Shown: piece by piece, positions 63,599 through 64,000 of the stretch
Position numbering within the stretch: position 1 is the first letter of the stretch
Layout: every line of letters begins with the position of its first letter
Origin: Desulfobacterales bacterium
GTDB lineage: Bacteria; Desulfobacterota; Desulfobacteria; Desulfobacterales; UBA11574
Direction: 5' to 3'
NCBI GenBank assembly: GCA_046484425.1
Contig: JAWOIY010000183.1
Coordinates: 83 to 64,082, forward strand
Length of the DNA stretch: 64,000 bases
Notes under the pieces: model-generated
The model's database searches: none
The model's input: only the letters and a program-made list of their open reading frames with translations
Told to the model about the DNA's origin: nothing
Made by a program: the position numbers and the translations under genes

Positions 63599-64000
63599 CC
63601 GCATTGAGTTTCCGGCCCGGAAATTCAATTTTGCACCGGCTGGATGTTCGGTTTAAAATTTTATTTGTCATCCTGATCAGTCTGACAAGTCTTAAGGCAT
63701 GGGTCCCGGGGCTTTCCGTTTTGACTTTTGTTCTCATGATTGCGCTGATGCGTACCGGACTGGATTTGAAATCGGCTTTAAAAACACTTCGGTATGTCTT
63801 TTTCCTACTCCTGCTTGTTTTCATGGTCCGGTCGCTTTCGGTTCCCGGATCGGCGGTCATCGAATTTAAATTCGTTTCCGTGACCCGTGAAGGGCTTCTC
63901 GATGGGGCCTTAGTCTGCTGGCGGTTGGCGGTGGTAATCATGACCGGTTTATCGTTGATTTTGACGACACGACCGTCAGAAATTAAAGCGGCTGTTGAGT
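63595..64000 (+). CDS. ecfT: ECF transporter transmembrane T-component (BioN/EcfT-type), 3' partial at window end
   Basis: GTG 63595 overlaps the ecfA stop (GTGA). My translation is VTALSFRPGNSILHRLDVRFKILFVILISL...LILTTRPSEIKAAVE, typical of the CbiQ/EcfT N-terminal half. The frame is still open at 64000. Confidence 0.8.
   Translation, partial: MTALSFRPGNSILHRLDVRFKILFVILISLTSLKAWVPGLSVLTFVLMIALMRTGLDLKSALKTLRYVFFLLLLVFMVRSLSVPGSAVIEFKFVSVTREGLLDGALVCWRLAVVIMTGLSLILTTRPSEIKAAVE

Noticed and set aside
1-64000. CRISPR arrays, rRNA, transposases/integrases, prophage or known defence-system genes
   Set aside because: Reading all intergenic regions and all ORFs of at least 60 aa revealed no regularly spaced direct repeats. 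No DDE/serine/tyrosine recombinase motifs, phage structural genes, or nuclease/ATPase defence-type gene pairs were seen either.

Overview
This 64-kb chromosomal window has the gene content of an anaerobic Desulfobacterota (sulfate-reducer-like deltaproteobacterial) genome. Recognisable modules are hdrCBA-type heterodisulfide-reductase genes next to cysK, a Fur-FeoA-FeoA-FeoB iron module, a sensor kinase / NtrC-type sigma54 activator pair, and an XRE-pilMNOPQ type IV pilus cluster. There is also a serS-thrC operon, pcm, cysE, mobB/modE-like genes, a CRP/FNR-regulated hybrid-cluster-protein (hcp) cluster and birA-bioY-ecfA-ecfT. I saw no CRISPR array, rRNA, intact tRNA, transposase, integrase or recognisable defence or toxin-antitoxin system. 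The most interesting signals are non-coding. (1) A near-consensus sigma54 promoter with two perfect 16/18-bp palindromic enhancers lies just downstream of the NtrC-like gene. It appears to drive only a ~70-nt terminator-capped RNA with a UCCUCC anti-Shine-Dalgarno core, making it a candidate enhancer-dependent sRNA. (2) A second near-consensus sigma54 promoter precedes a PilZ-receiver operon in an AT-rich islet. (3) A rod-with-bubble structure upstream of the 5-formyl-THF cyclo-ligase gene is a candidate 6S RNA. Other points of interest are a Fur-FeoA fusion protein, an orphan NorD/CbbO-like VWA protein, an XRE regulator with a Cys/Trp-rich domain beside a B12 radical-SAM enzyme, an ATP-grasp/esterase pair with a decayed tandem paralog, and several gene relics (macro domain, rubrerythrin, penicillin acylase, PKD-repeat protein). 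All functional calls rest on motif recognition by eye and manual base pairing. No database search or folding program was run.
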